A DNA stretch of 64,000 nucleotides. Source: Macrostomum lignano (taxonomy: Eukaryota). Below, in pieces: positions 11,930 to 24,900 of this stretch (position 1 is the first letter of the stretch; each line of letters begins with the position of its first letter). The position numbers were made by a program, and so were the translations under genes. Below the pieces are notes generated by a model. It had not been told where the DNA came from. It saw only the letters and a list, made by a program, of their open reading frames with translations, and made no database searches. The stretch covers positions 558,001 to 622,000 of the forward strand of contig NIVC01000227.1 of assembly GCA_002269645.1 (NCBI GenBank), in the 5' to 3' direction.

Positions 11930-12610
11930 TGAGACCAGTGGAGAGAGCAGAGATGAGATGGGACTGAAGAGAGCATAGATGAGATGGGAGTGGAGAGAGC
12001 AGAGATGAGATGGGAGTGGAGAGAGCAGAGATGAGATGGGAGTGGAGAGAGCAGAGATGAGATGGGAGTGAAGAGAGCTGAGATAAGATAGGATGAGTGG
12101 AGAGAGCAGATCGAGATAATATAAGATGGGAGTGGAGAGAGCAGAGAAGAGATGGGAGTGAAGAGAGCTGAGCAGAGATGAGATGGGAGTGGAGAGAGCA
12201 GAGATAGATGAGATGGAAGTGTTGTTGAAAGAGCTGAGCTGGGATGGGAGTGGAGAGAGCAGAGATGAGATGGGAGTGGAGAGAGCAGAGAAGAGATGGG
12301 AGTGGAGAGAGCTGAGCAGAGATGAGATGGGAGTGGAGAGAGCAGAGAAGAGAGCTGAGAAGAGATGGGAGTGGAGAGAGCAGAGAAGAGAGCTGAGAAG
12401 AGATGGGAGTGGAGAGAGCAGAGAAGAGAGCTGAGAAGAGATGGGAGTGGAGAGAGCAGAGATGAGATGGGAGTGGAGAGAGCAGAGATGAAATGAGATG
12501 GGAGTAGAGAGAGCAGAGATGAAATGAGATGGGAGTGGAGAGAGCAGAGATCACAATGGAAATGGAGAGAGCAGAGATCACATGAGAAGGGAGTGGAGAT
12601 AGAGACTGCA
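11930..12610. repeat. Purine-rich ~26-bp tandem repeat (GAGATGAGATGGGAGTGGAGAGAGCA)
   Basis: Visible tandem units. Source of the L/S/P/H-rich ORFs 11704-12816 and 11904-12635. Confidence 0.9.
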
Positions 12611-13160
12611 ATGAGACAAAATATCTGCCCACCACAATGAGAAATAACAGAGCAGTGCCCAGAGAATGAGTAGAAATTCAAAGAGAAACCAAGCAGTTTC
12701 CGAGATGCAGTGCAGGTGCAGCGCAATCTCAAGTTTTCCCGCACCCAGACAGCAGATGGCGATGCTAAATTAGGATCGCAGTAATAATAATTATTATTGA
12801 TGTGGAATACCGACAAATCAAATTATTCTACTGAAATAAATGGGCATTTCAATAATTGCCAGCAGGCACAAGCTGGAGAACACTTAAACAACCTGTGCAC
12901 TGCGAAATGAAGTGGCCCAGAAAACTGAATTCAACTGAATAAAGAAAATATTTTTTGTAACTTTGGGGGATTAAAATTAAGCAAGTGGTGCTAATCGTGT
13001 TAACAGAAGGGCAGATCAATGCGAAAGCTGCAGGGTTATTGCTAGGAGAAAAAAGAGCAGGCCGACCTGGTGCCATCTTGTCATAGTAAAGCAGTTAAAA
13101 AATATTTCTATTAGCAAATTGCATGGATTATTTTTTTTGTCGATAACGCGATTAAAAAAC

Positions 13161-13810
13161 GACGGTAGTTTCTATGAAAAACCGCTCGATTGTGGTAGTT
13201 TCTAGGAAAAACAAGTTAAATCCTGGTAGTTTTTAGCACAACTAGTTCCCTTCTGGTAGTTTCTAGGAAAACTAGTTTAACTCTAGTTTCTAGGAAAGCT
13301 AATTCATTTCTGGTAGTTTTTAGGAAAACCAGTTTAATTCTGGTAGTTTCTAAGAAAACCAGCTCAATTCTGGTAGTTTCTATGAAAACCAGCTCAATTC
13401 TGGTAGTTTCTAAGAAAACCAGCTCAATTCTGGTAGTTTCTAAGAAAACCAGCTCAATTCTGGTAGTTTCTAAGAAAACCAGCTCAATTCTGGGAGTTTC
13501 TATGAAAACCAGCTCGATTCTGGTAGTTTCTAGGAAAAACAAGTTAAATGCTGGTAGTTTTTAGCAAAACTAGTTCGCTTCTGGTAGTTTCTAGGAAAAA
13601 CAAGTTAAATCTTGGTAGTTTTTAGCAAAACTAGTTCGCTTCTGGTAGTTTCTAGGAAAACCAGTTCACTCTTGGTAGTTTCTAGGAAAACCAGTTTAAT
13701 TTTGGTAGTTTCTAGGAAAACCAGTTTAACTCTGGTAGTTTCTAGGAAACCCAGTTCAATCCTGGGAGTTTCTAGGAAAACCAGTTCGTTTCTGGTAGTT
13801 TCTAAGAAGT
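13161..13810. repeat. 30-bp minisatellite (TCTGGTAGTTTCTAGGAAAACCAGTTTAAT), each unit an imperfect palindrome
   Basis: About 21 units. CTGGTAGTTTCT pairs imperfectly with AGGAAAACCAG. Explains the FLETTRIELV ORFs. Confidence 0.9.
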
Positions 13811-14332
13811 CTATTCGATTCTTATATTTCTAAGAAAAGGTAAGTCACAGTGCAGTCAGAGAATCGGGCAGTAAACAGAAGCAAATCGAACGTTGCTAAG
13901 CGCTTTTACTGTGTGGATCGAACTAAAGACAACGAACAAAGACTTGCACAAAAAAACGAACAGCCAGTTTGTTAAAAAGTGAATACTTTGAAACTACTTA
14001 GCAAACAAACTAGGCTACTCAGATTTAAAGAGACACCTAAGAAGAAACACCTTAATCAACACCAGCTGAATATATATAGTGTAGTCATGTGCTAGTCATG
14101 GCTCAATCAAAAACCGAACCTAAACCTGCTACGTCCATATTGACGAGGGGCAAAAAGCTAAAACTGCACTTCGGAAAATCAAAAAGCATGCAAGGGAAAC
14201 ACGTAACAATCTATTGGGCAACCTGAGACTGGGGCGCAACACCTGCCAGATATAGAGAAGCAAAAATGATCTGCACTGCAAGGTGAGACTTCGACATACT
14301 ACAATCTGACTCTAGGACATGAAAATCTCATT

Positions 14333-14470
14333 GAGATGCTTGAATCTCTCTCTAAGATAATGTAATCTCACCATGAGATACTTAACTCTCCCTCTGAGAT
14401 AATGTAATCTCACCATGAGATATGAAAATCTCCCTCTAAGATAATGTAATCTCACTATGAGATACTAAAC
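14333..14470. repeat. ~40-bp tandem repeat, three copies (AAGATAATGTAATCTCACCATGAGATA...)
   Basis: GATAATGTAATCTCAC recurs three times at ~40-bp spacing. Confidence 0.75.
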
Positions 14471-14625
14471 CCCCCTAAAATACTTAAAGGCTCCCCACGC
14501 AAAGATTGAGATAACATTTTTTCATAATTAATTAACAAGTTATCAATGACAAAGTCCTATTGATTTGAATTGAGTTCCCCAACCATGCTCAAACCAGGCT
14601 CGCACAAACGGCTGACCCCGCCCAA

Positions 14626-15171
14626 TCAGCATTCGCCGTCGGCATAGTCCTGCAGATAGGCATAGGCGGAGGTCAGCTTGCCGTTCTCGGCGATGGTGGC
14701 ATCTTGAAGCACGCGGCTGCAGCCGCCGGGGGCCACGTGCGGCAGCAGCATCTCGGGCACTACCCGGCGCAGGAGGAGCTCGCCGAAGGTGCTGGACGAA
14801 TCGCGCGGCAGTTCGATCGGCAGATTGTCAACCGACATCACGTCGACGTAGGCTTTGTCGATATTTCGATTGTCGGAGGGCACCTCGCAACCGCTGCTGG
14901 GGTCGAAGGTGAAGATGGGGTCGTCCACGGTGGTGGCTCGTAAAGTGGACGGCAGCGAGGCCACCGGGGCGATGTCGCAGGTGATGTCGCCGACAAGTTG
15001 GATGCCGAAGTCGGGCCGGCGCATGTCCTCAAGCATGAGCAGCGGGGCGCAGCGGTGGTCCCAAAAGATGCCGTTGATCAGCACGTTGGCCCTGGTGGCG
15101 AACGGCCAAATGACGCTGTGGTAGCCGGTTGGGTCGGAGAAAAACTCCACGCTCCAGCCGGCCTCGGGGCC
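14626..15171 (-). CDS. Stand-alone LKR/saccharopine dehydrogenase (Lys-forming)-like enzyme, copy A, exon 3
   Basis: GPEAGWSVEFFSDPTGY...LINGIFWD...GDITCDI...VDNLPIELPRDSSSTFG...ENGKLTSAYAYLQDYADGEC*. Acceptor CCGCCAAG|GGC is phase 0 and gives LFRK-GPEAG, collinear with copy B LFRL-GPDNS. Confidence 0.85.
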   Translation of the reverse strand, partial: GPEAGWSVEFFSDPTGYHSVIWPFATRANVLINGIFWDHRCAPLLMLEDMRRPDFGIQLVGDITCDIAPVASLPSTLRATTVDDPIFTFDPSSGCEVPSDNRNIDKAYVDVMSVDNLPIELPRDSSSTFGELLLRRVVPEMLLPHVAPGGCSRVLQDATIAENGKLTSAYAYLQDYADGEC

Positions 15172-15429
15172 CTTGGCGGATGGGTGCAGGGCAGATTCGA
15201 TGTACTGAAATTCGTGCATTTTTACGATTGTTTCCAATTTTCCTCCGCTGTAGCCTGGAGCTGGGGTTGACAGTGATTCAGAGAAATAATATCCAGGACG
15301 ATTTGAGTAGTCACGCAATCAGCCAATTGTGCGCTGGCTAAATGTCCGGATTTACAAGAATATGTTGATTTAATGCGAGGCTTTTGTAGACAGACAGAAT
15401 TATGGATAGATAGAAGATAGAGATAGAGA

Positions 15430-15560
15430 GATATACTTACAGACAGACAGACATAGAAACAGACAGGCAGAGGCAGACAGACATACATTAAGACAGACAG
15501 ACAGACACAGGCATAGAGTAAGACAGAAAGACAGACAGACAGGCACACATACACGAAGGC

Positions 15561-15627
<67 letters not shown>

Positions 15628-15640
15628 AAGACAGACAGGC
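15430..15640. repeat. (GACA)n microsatellite in intron 2 of copy A
   Basis: Long AGAC/GACA run. Confidence 0.9.
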
Positions 15641-15755
15641 AGGGTAGAAATCCCTAAACTGAATCAGTAAGCTAATAAAGGTGAATTAGCAGCAGGCATG
15701 GAATCAGCGCTAGAGACTGGCGGAATCCGCAGCCGCTACCTGTGAGCAAACAGAC

Positions 15756-15925
15756 CTTGCGGAACAGCCAGTCCGCAGGCAGCTGGGTATACGTGCCCGC
15801 GTGCCCCGGCTGCCACTCGCGGGCCAGAAAGTCCTGCGGCGCCAGGCGCTCCAGGCCCAGCAGGTCAAGCAGTTCGCAGGCTCCGTTGCCAACCCGACCG
15901 TCGCCAGTGACAACCACGCGAAGAT
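15756..15925 (-). CDS. LKR/SDH-like copy A, exon 2 (Rossmann glycine motif)
   Basis: Acceptor CGCCAG|AT (phase 1). Reads DLRVVVTGDGRVGNGACELL...DWLFRK. Donor AAG|GTCTGT (phase 0). 170 nt = 2 + 56 codons. Confidence 0.85.
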
Positions 15926-16868
15926 CTGGCGTTACGAGCGAAATTAAATGACTTTTCTATGTACAAGCAGGAGCCATAGCAACTGCTTTAGTTCGTATTT
16001 TTTGTAAACGCGAAAATTTATTATTTTCTTTATTCTGTCTTGTTGAAGTACACGAGGATCCGTCAAGCTGGACTCAAGTAGTTGATGCTTGCTCTCAAGT
16101 GCTCAAAAAGTGACAGAATGAATACTGTCCCGGGAAAGTCCTTTTAGAACTGCTTTCCGAGCTTCGCGCGTTATTCTTATTTTCGATTTTCACTGTGCCA
16201 AGAAGATACCTACGGACAAGTGATTTTTAGTATAGTGGACTAGCAACCTGCGCCCCGCGTTGGGGAGGCAAAAAAGCAGTAGTTTTTTTTACTTAACTAC
16301 ATATATCTGTCGACCTTATACAATCTTGTACAATTTTGTCACTATTGTTTGTTTCTTTAGGAAAACTATGTTCAAAGCCTCCCTTTGAGCCATGGCTTAA
16401 CTTTTAACCTACCTTTGATGCTTCGCCTATCAACAACTTCCAACTGACCCTTGGCATCCCAGCATTGCTGCCAATCTCATGAGTTCTCCCTGCGAGCCTT
16501 GGCGTCTCAACAATTTTTTATGTATTAGGGGCATTTTCAAGTTTTTCCCTAGCTAAATAATCTGTTCAACATAATTGCCCGCGGCAAGTCAGATATTGGA
16601 AGCATTGCTGGTCTTTTGTAAGAATTCAATATTTAACCAAGCGGCTGTTCGTATGCAGAAACATCCCATTACTGACGCTTAAACGTGGAATGTCTTCAAG
16701 ATAAGGAGCAAATAAATCGACATAAAATAAAGGTTCGGCCGGACAAAAACTACTTGGAAACGCAATACCTCGTACCTGGGTGCCAAATAAGAAACCGTTT
16801 GAATTAATATAATCGAAAATCGTCTCATGTGACAACTTTTGGGTTTTCAAGGAACCAAAGACACAAAC

Positions 16869-17454
16869 CTCTCATCATCTCCGGCTTGATCTCATCAGCG
16901 TAGCGCTTTTTGGCCGCCTCCCAGTCCTGCGCCTCCCTCAGCCGGAACAGCTGGCAGCAGCCAGAGCGCCGGCCCCAGGCCATCATGGTGTTGTGCGCGC
17001 CCACAATGCCCGCCCAGCGACCGAATCCCACCAGTCGGATGCCTAGGGCGTCGCGCATGCACTCCCAGTCCATGAGGCGGATGCCTTTGTCCAGGACAGC
17101 TCTCAGCAGATCCCTATTGTGAGGCTGCTTCTTAATAGTGTGCGAGAACAGGGCGTAGGTGGCCCCAGGCTGCAGGGTGTCCACAGCAGGCGGCTTCACT
17201 CCGAGCAGAAAGTCGGCGCCAACCGCTTTCTCAACAATTTTCGCCCCAGCGGCCAAATATTCTTTGTCGCTGTAGCAGCGAAATGGGCAGCTTTCAACAA
17301 GGATAGTGACTCTGGAGCCGTACAGGGAGAGGATCTCCTCGCAGTTGGCCGGAGTCAGCGGAACCCGGGTCTCATCAGGAATCAGAGTCTCGCGGATGAT
17401 GCCAATGGTGACTGGAGCACCAGAATTGTTAGCTTCAGTGTTTGTGCTGGACAT
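16869..17454 (-). CDS. LKR/SDH-like copy A, exon 1 (AlaDh/PNT N-terminal domain)
   Basis: IGIIRET..DETRVPLTP, CYSDKEY, LLGVK, FSHTIKKQPHNR, IRLMDWE, GFGRWAGIVGAHN. Donor AGA G|GTTTGT at 16869/16868 (phase 1). Spliced CDS 586+170+546 = 1302 nt, 433 aa, with no disruption. Confidence 0.9.
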
Positions 17455-20400
17455 TCTGTGTAATTAATTAGTTGCTGTGGGAATAACGATTAGATAAGCA
17501 AGTCAGTCAAGCAATACAAGCAAAGATAATATTTATCTAATATTGTCTATGTTAAAGATGGCTAGGATCAAATTTTTTTTACGATTAAGACAGTTTCGAA
17601 TTTGGATCCCGTGATTTTGGACAATTAGGATGAAAAGTATAAATATTTGCACTCTTTCCACAACTATCCAACAACCAGTCTGCATATTCTTCTGACTCCT
17701 GAGCATATACAAGCACACAGATACTATACATAGATGCACTCATACACATACATAGGGTGTCCAGCAGCCATAACATTCTAATCATCTAGAATCTATAGTC
17801 CAAAGTATCTTGGGAGTTGGCCTGCATGGATGTGAATTGCAGAAGCCCCAAATAGTAGAGTATAGCAACTTCTGCCCTCCTTCAATTCACTTAGCACTCT
17901 TCATTATTTACTCTCTTGTGCAATTCAGTCTAGACTTCCTTACCCTCTATTCACTCTGATTAATCCTCCCTCTTTAGCCTCTTGTTCTCACTCCAACCCT
18001 CCATTCATTTTGCATAGCTAACCTACCCCCCCTCTTTGCATGCCTTAACCCCCCTGCTGCCCCACAATTTTAATATTAAAAAAATGTTATAGGCTTTGCT
18101 TATTGACTATATACTGACCACTTCTGTCTTACTATTAAATGTAACTCAAGTTAGATTAGTTTGTCTTAGTTTTTTTAACATGTCTAATGTGGGGCCATGT
18201 CTAAATTTAGATTAGTTAACTCATTATTTTTTCAACACACATATTAGGACTTTGACACCATATGAATACTGTGGTTAGGATAGTGGGGACTTAAATAAAG
18301 ATGAATGAAGCCAAAAAGGAAAGCTGCCCAGCATTTGCCATTATCAAAGAATGCTAAAGGAAGCATCTTGGAAACCAACTGATAAGTATGCCATTACTCT
18401 TACAGAAGATCTTAGTAAGAATTAGTAATGGACTGAATATGGATTTTTACAAGTTTTCAAAACCAAATACTAATGCACAAAAAAATTTTGAATCCAAATT
18501 TCAATATCCAAATGTGTTTCCAAATGTAAGCAAAAAGTGGTGGGAGTAACTTGACACATTCAAAATAATTGCCTCCTCATCTAATTAGTGATACATATGA
18601 ATTGACTCTCAAGATTATATCTGTCCTAGGCTTATGCCTTATACTATATCTATCTAGTATCTATCAAAACCAAATTTAGTAAAGAGTAAATAAGTTTGAA
18701 TTGAAATTAATTTTTATATATCTTATCTAGGCCTAACTAATTTTAATTTATTACTAATAAATTACTAATAACTGATATTATATTTGTGCAATTCAATAAT
18801 TTTACTTTAAGTCTATATGCATTTGCATTTTGAAAAAAAGTAATAATTATACTTAAATAATGATTACCTAAAGAATGTTTTTATGAATTTAGTTTTAATG
18901 CCTCAATGGTTTCAAGGCCAAATTTTACAAACTTTACTTGATTTTGATATAAACTTTTAAATATGTTTTTGCAAAAACTGACAATTGTAAAAAAAATAGG
19001 TCTATAAAATTTTGTAAGCCTATTCTTATTTTTTTATTTACTTTCTTATTTTAAAAGCATTATTACTTTTACATTTGTAATTGCTTTGGTTTGTTGCTTT
19101 TTTTCATATTTGGAAGCAAATTTAGAAATGTCACCCCTTTGCCCTTAGGTGGAGACCCAAAAAAATCAAAGGAAGACCAAGCAAATTTTTGCCAAAAACA
19201 GAGCCACCCCTCCGCCCCCCCCTCCTGGCCTCCCAAGACTTTACCCTCCAGAATCCGCCCCCTCAAAAAATTTCTGGTTGCGCTACTGAAGTATACCAAT
19301 TTTTCTTTAGGCCTAGCAAAGGCCACCTTTATGACTAAGCCTATGGAATTGTGTTATCCAAAACGTTCTTTCTTAGAAAAAACATCTAAGTTTACTTTCC
19401 TCTGTCTCTGGCATTTTAGTCAAAACGTCCACTTGTTTTTCCCAGTTTCCTTGTTTGCTTCAATAAAATGCATACAAGTAAATAAAAAAGCCCTCTAGAG
19501 TTAGTATTCTCTATATCAAAGAAAGGTTTTTAAGATTGTAATAAAATAATACCACGATTTTAAGGCACAGTTTTCAGAAAGGGCTGACGCAGTGCTAAAA
19601 TCTTACATGCTGAGTTGAGCCAGACAAAGGTGGTAATGATAGTTCGAAGAAAACTAGAGGTTTAACTTTTTATATAATACGTAATTCTACTGTAAAGTAA
19701 AACAAAACAACACTGTCTTTATATTGCTTAAACGATCTGGAATTTTTTCAAAAGTGTGAGCTCTAAAAAATTGTCTGAAAATTGCATTATATAACTAAGG
19801 CATGTGTTAAATCCATTAAATATGGCTTTGGTGTTAATGAGGTTAAAAAGGCATTTTATTCTATATCTAAATATACTAAATCTCTAAGGTTTGTATGCTT
19901 GAATGAATGTCCATAACGCTCTAGAGATTGCAATTCTTCATATATATTCTATATTCTATAGGCTATTTTACTGTTCAAATAGGCTTACATTTTCGAAGAA
20001 TTCAGTTAATCAGTCAAGTTCATTTAATTCGGCCAATGGCCAAAGGCTTTAATATCTGAAGTTCTAGTTGGATTTAAGACAGTTTGTAAAATTATATGTA
20101 CTACTTTACGTTACACTAGGCAGACTGCAGACAACAAAACATGTTTCAGAGACCTGCTACATGAAGGTCAAATATTATACTCAAAAAAAGACGAAGGATA
20201 ATTCTTTAAAATTTTATGCCTGAAGATCCTAAGTAGCTGGAACATCAAGCAGAGGTTTTTTATTCACAAAGCTGTTCAAAACGGCAATGTTAGTTCCGAA
20301 AAAATATTACTTTGGTCATCGCAGAGTGTAAAAAGGATAACAATTAATAAGAACTAGATAAAAGTTTTATCTTTGCCGCGTTTGCAAAAAGATGGAGGAA

Positions 20401-21023
20401 ATAGTTCAACGAGCTTATCAGGTCTCTGATTTAACGGCGCCAGCGCGCAATGAGATATTCTGACTGTAAAGAAGCAAAAGGCCAAGTACTGTAGGTGAAT
20501 CAGCAGATAGAAAAATGGCCACGTTTTGGTAAATATAATAATACGAAAAAGCTGACTACCATAATTACGCAATATGCAGATCGCAAAAAAATATCGTAAA
20601 AATAAAGTGCTTGGGCGGCGGGGTTACAACAAAAAGCGCAAGCGCTGGGAAAAAGACGCTAAGGTTAAATTTTTATGTTACGATTAGAACAACAAAGCTT
20701 TAGCACGGAGTAGCAAAAAACTTAAAAAATTAAAAAAATATGTTTTATTCATCAATATAACAATTCGATTACTATAGAAAATAATAACATAGTACGAAAC
20801 ATCCAATACCGATTTTTTATTACGTCCGTAACCCGGAAAACGCGCGATCCGCATAGCAACAGGAGTTTCTAAGAAACAGGACGAAAAAAATTGAATTTTA
20901 TTAGTTGTTTAGTAAAACTTCTGTTTTATTTTTTTACTCCCATTGCTATGTGGAAATGATAAGGCAAGAGAAATATAATTAATTGTGATAGAAACATGAG
21001 AAAAACACCGTCACCTTTACTAA

Positions 21024-21029
21024 TTTATT
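21024..21029 (-). promoter_or_regulatory. Candidate polyadenylation signal of copy B
   Basis: AATAAA on the minus strand about 50 nt downstream of the stop at 21081, in AT-rich sequence, so it could be chance. Confidence 0.35.
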
Positions 21030-21080
21030 ACTAAAAGTAATTAAAAGTTATTAAAAGTCTTGGTCAGTTCCAGTTGTCAA

Positions 21081-21377
21081 TCAGTCCTCGGCCGCGTTGA
21101 CAAAGTCGCTCAGGTAGGCGAACACGCTTGTCAGCTTGCCGGCTTCCGTGATGGTGGCGCCCTCCAGCACCGGGCTGACCCGCTGATTGCCATCAGCAGC
21201 AGCCGCCTGGAGGAACTCCGGCAGCACCTTGTTGAGAATCATGTCGCCAAAGTCGCGGGAGGCATCCCGAGGCAGCTCGCTAGGCAGGTTGTCCACCGCC
21301 ATGACGTCAACGGCAAGGGCTGAACGCGGCTCGCCTGGCTGCAGCTCGCGACCGAGCTCCGGGTCGAAGGTCAGCAC
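21081..21377 (-). CDS. LKR/SDH-like copy B, exon 4
   Basis: Acceptor CCCAAG|GTG (phase 0). VLTFDP...VMAVDNLPSELPRDASRDFG...EAGKLTSVFAYLSDFVNAAED*. Joins KDP|VLTFDP, collinear with copy A DDPIFTFDP. Confidence 0.85.
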   Translation of the reverse strand: MLTFDPELGRELQPGEPRSALAVDVMAVDNLPSELPRDASRDFGDMILNKVLPEFLQAAAADGNQRVSPVLEGATITEAGKLTSVFAYLSDFVNAAED

Positions 21378-21904
21378 CTTGGGTTTGGGAGAAGTCGGGC
21401 AGCCATTCTTACTCAGGATTCCACATTCAATTTGAGATCCTCAAGCTACGGTATGGATGGGTGCAAAGCGCTGGAAACTGCGCTCATATTCTTAATACCT
21501 CCATCTGGAACGGCTTGAATTAGATCGGGCAGGCAGGTTGACCTCGCTAGCAAGAAAGATGGCGAGCCGAACTCCAAGCACCTGGGCAGTGCAGGCTCGC
21601 AACACGCAGGGCGAGCGTGGACAATAACAAGCAAGGAAAGCACTGCTTGAGTTCACTCAATGTCGCCCCATTTCTAAACTCTAAACAGCCCGCCTTTCTG
21701 CTCAGGACTGCGCAGTTACTCGACAATAAAGGCTATTCACTTGCTCACAGCAGTTTGAGAGGGCGAGTCTTTTGTTTGAGAATTGGGTAGCTCAGACCAT
21801 CTACTGCGGGTTAAATTTCTTGCTGCTACTATGGACAGAAGATGCCGAGGATTCGAAAATATCAAATTTTACAATGGATTTTCTTCGCTACGGTTAAAAT
21901 TGGG

Positions 21905-24900
21905 TAGGGTGATCCTTAACTATGGTATGGTGATCCTTAACCATGGTATGGTGATCCTTAACCATGGTATGGTGATCCTTAACCATGGTATGGTGATCCT
22001 TAACCATGGTATGGTGATCCTTAACCATGGTATGGTGATCCTTAACCATAATATGATGATTCTTAACCATGGTATGGTGATCCTTAACCATGGTATGGTG
22101 ATCCTTAACCATAATATGATGATCCTTAACCATGGTATGGTGATCCTTAACCATAATATGATGATTCTTAACCATGGTATGATGATCCTTAACCATAATA
22201 TGATGATTCTTAACCATGGTATGATGATCCTTAACCATAATATGATGATTCTTAACCATGGTATGATGATCCTTAACCATAATATGATGATTCTTAACCA
22301 TGGTGTGATGATCCTTAACCATAATATGATGATTCTTAACCATGGTATGATGATCCTTAACCATAATATGATGATCCTTAACCATGGTATGATGATCCTT
22401 AACCATAATATGATGATCCGTAACCATGGTATGATGATCCTTAACCATAATATGATGATCCTTAACCATGGTATGATGATCCTTAACCATGGTATGGTGA
22501 TCCTTAACCATGGTATGGTGATCCTTAACCATGGTATGGTGATCCTTAACCATGGTATGATGATCCTTAACCATGGTATGGTGATCCTTAACCATGGTAT
22601 GGTGATCCTTAACCATGGTATGATGATCCTTAACCATGGTATGATGATCCTTAACCATGGTATGATGATCCTTAACCATGGTATGATGATCCTTAACCAT
22701 GGTATGATGATCCTTAACTATGGTATGATGATCCTTAACCATGGTATGGTGATTCTTAACCATGGTATGATGATCCTTAACTATGGTATGGTGATCTTTA
22801 ACCATGGTATGGTGATCCTTAACCATGGTATGGTGATCCTTAACCATGGTATGATGATCTTTAACTATGGTATGGTGATCCTTAACCATGGTTTGGTGAT
22901 CCTTAACTATGGTATGGTGATCCTTAACCATGGTATGATGATCTTTAACCATGGTATGGTGATCCTTAACTATGGTATGATGATCTTTAACCATGGTATG
23001 ATGATCTTTAACCATGGTATGATGATCTTTAACTATGGTATGGTGATCCTTAACCATGGTTTGGTGATCCTTAACTATGGTATGGTGATCCTTAACCATG
23101 GTATGATGATCTTTAACTATGGTATGGTGATCCTTAACCATGGTATGATGATCTTTAACCATGGTATGATGATCTTTAACCATGGTATGGTGATCCTTAA
23201 CCATGGTATGGTGATCCTTAACCATGGTATGGTGATCCTTAACCATGGTATGATGATCTTTAACCATGGTATGGTGATCCTTAACCATGGTATGGTGATT
23301 CTTAACCATGGTATGATGATCCTTAACCATGGTTTGGTGATCCTTAACTATGGTATGGTGATCCTTAACCATGGTATGATGATCTTTAACCATGGTATGG
23401 TGATCCTTAACCATGGTATGATGATCTTTAACCATGGTATGATGATCTTTAACCATGGTATGGTGATCCTTAACCATGGTATGGTGATTCTTAACCATGG
23501 TATGATGATCCTTAACCATGGTTTGGTGATCCTTAACTATGGTATGGTGATCCTTAACCATGGTATGATGATCTTTAACTATGGTATGGTGATCCTTAAC
23601 CATGGTATGATGATCTTTAACCATGGTATGATGATCTTTAACCATGGTATGGTGATCCTTAACCATGGTATGGTGATCCTTAACCATGGTATGATGATCT
23701 TTAACTATGGTATGGTGATCCTTAACCATGGTATGATGATCTTTAACTATGGTATGGTGATCCTTAACCATGGTATGGTGATCCTTAACCATGGTATAAT
23801 GATCTTTAACCATGGTATGATGATCTTTAACTATGGTATGGTGATCCTTAACCATGGTATGGTGATCCTTTACTATGGTATGGTGATCCTTAACCATGGT
23901 ATGATGATCTTTAACCATGGTATGGTGATCCTTAACCATGGTATGGTGATCCTTAACCATGGTATGGTGATCCTTAACCATGGTATGATGATCTTTAACC
24001 ATGGTATGATGATCTTTAACCATGGTATGGTGATCCTTAACTATGGTATGGTGATCCTTAACCATGGTATGATGATCCTTAACCATGGTATGATGATCCT
24101 TAACCATGGTATGATGATTCTTAACCATGGTATGATGATTCTTAACCATGGTATGGTGATCCTTAACCATGGTATGGTGATCCTTAACCATGGTATGATG
24201 ATACTTAACTATGGTATGATGATCCTTAACCATGGTATGATGATCCTTAACTATGGTATGATGATCCTTAACCATGGTATGATGATCCTTAACTATGGTA
24301 TGATGATCTTTAACTATGGTATGGTGATCCTTAACCATGGTATGGTGATCCTTAACTATGGTATGGTGATCCTTAACTATGGTATGGTGATCCTTAACCA
24401 TGGTATGATGATCTTTAACTATGGTATGATGATCTTTAACCATGGTATGATGATCTTTAACCATGGTATGGTGATTCTTAACCATGGTATGATGATCTTT
24501 AACCATGGTATGATGATCCTTAACCATGGTATGATGATCCTTAACCATGGTATGATGATCCTTAACCATGGTATGATGATCCTTAACCATGGTATGATGA
24601 TCCTTAACTATGGTATGATGATCCTTAACCATGGTATGGTGATTCTTAACCATGGTATGATGATCCTTAACTATGGTATGGTGATCTTTAACCATGGTAT
24701 GGTGATCCTTAACCATGGTATGGTGATCCTTAACCATGGTATGATGATCTTTAACTATGGTATGGTGATCCTTAACCATGGTTTGGTGATCCTTAACTAT
24801 GGTATGGTGATCCTTAACCATGGTATGATGATCTTTAACCATGGTATGGTGATCCTTAACTATGGTATGATGATCTTTAACCATGGTATGATGATCTTTA

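Noticed and set aside
14626-17454. Calling the LKR-like genes AASS or LYS1 orthologues
   Set aside because: No fused SDH domain and diagnostic motifs differ from AASS; orthology cannot be assigned without a tree, so no symbol is given.
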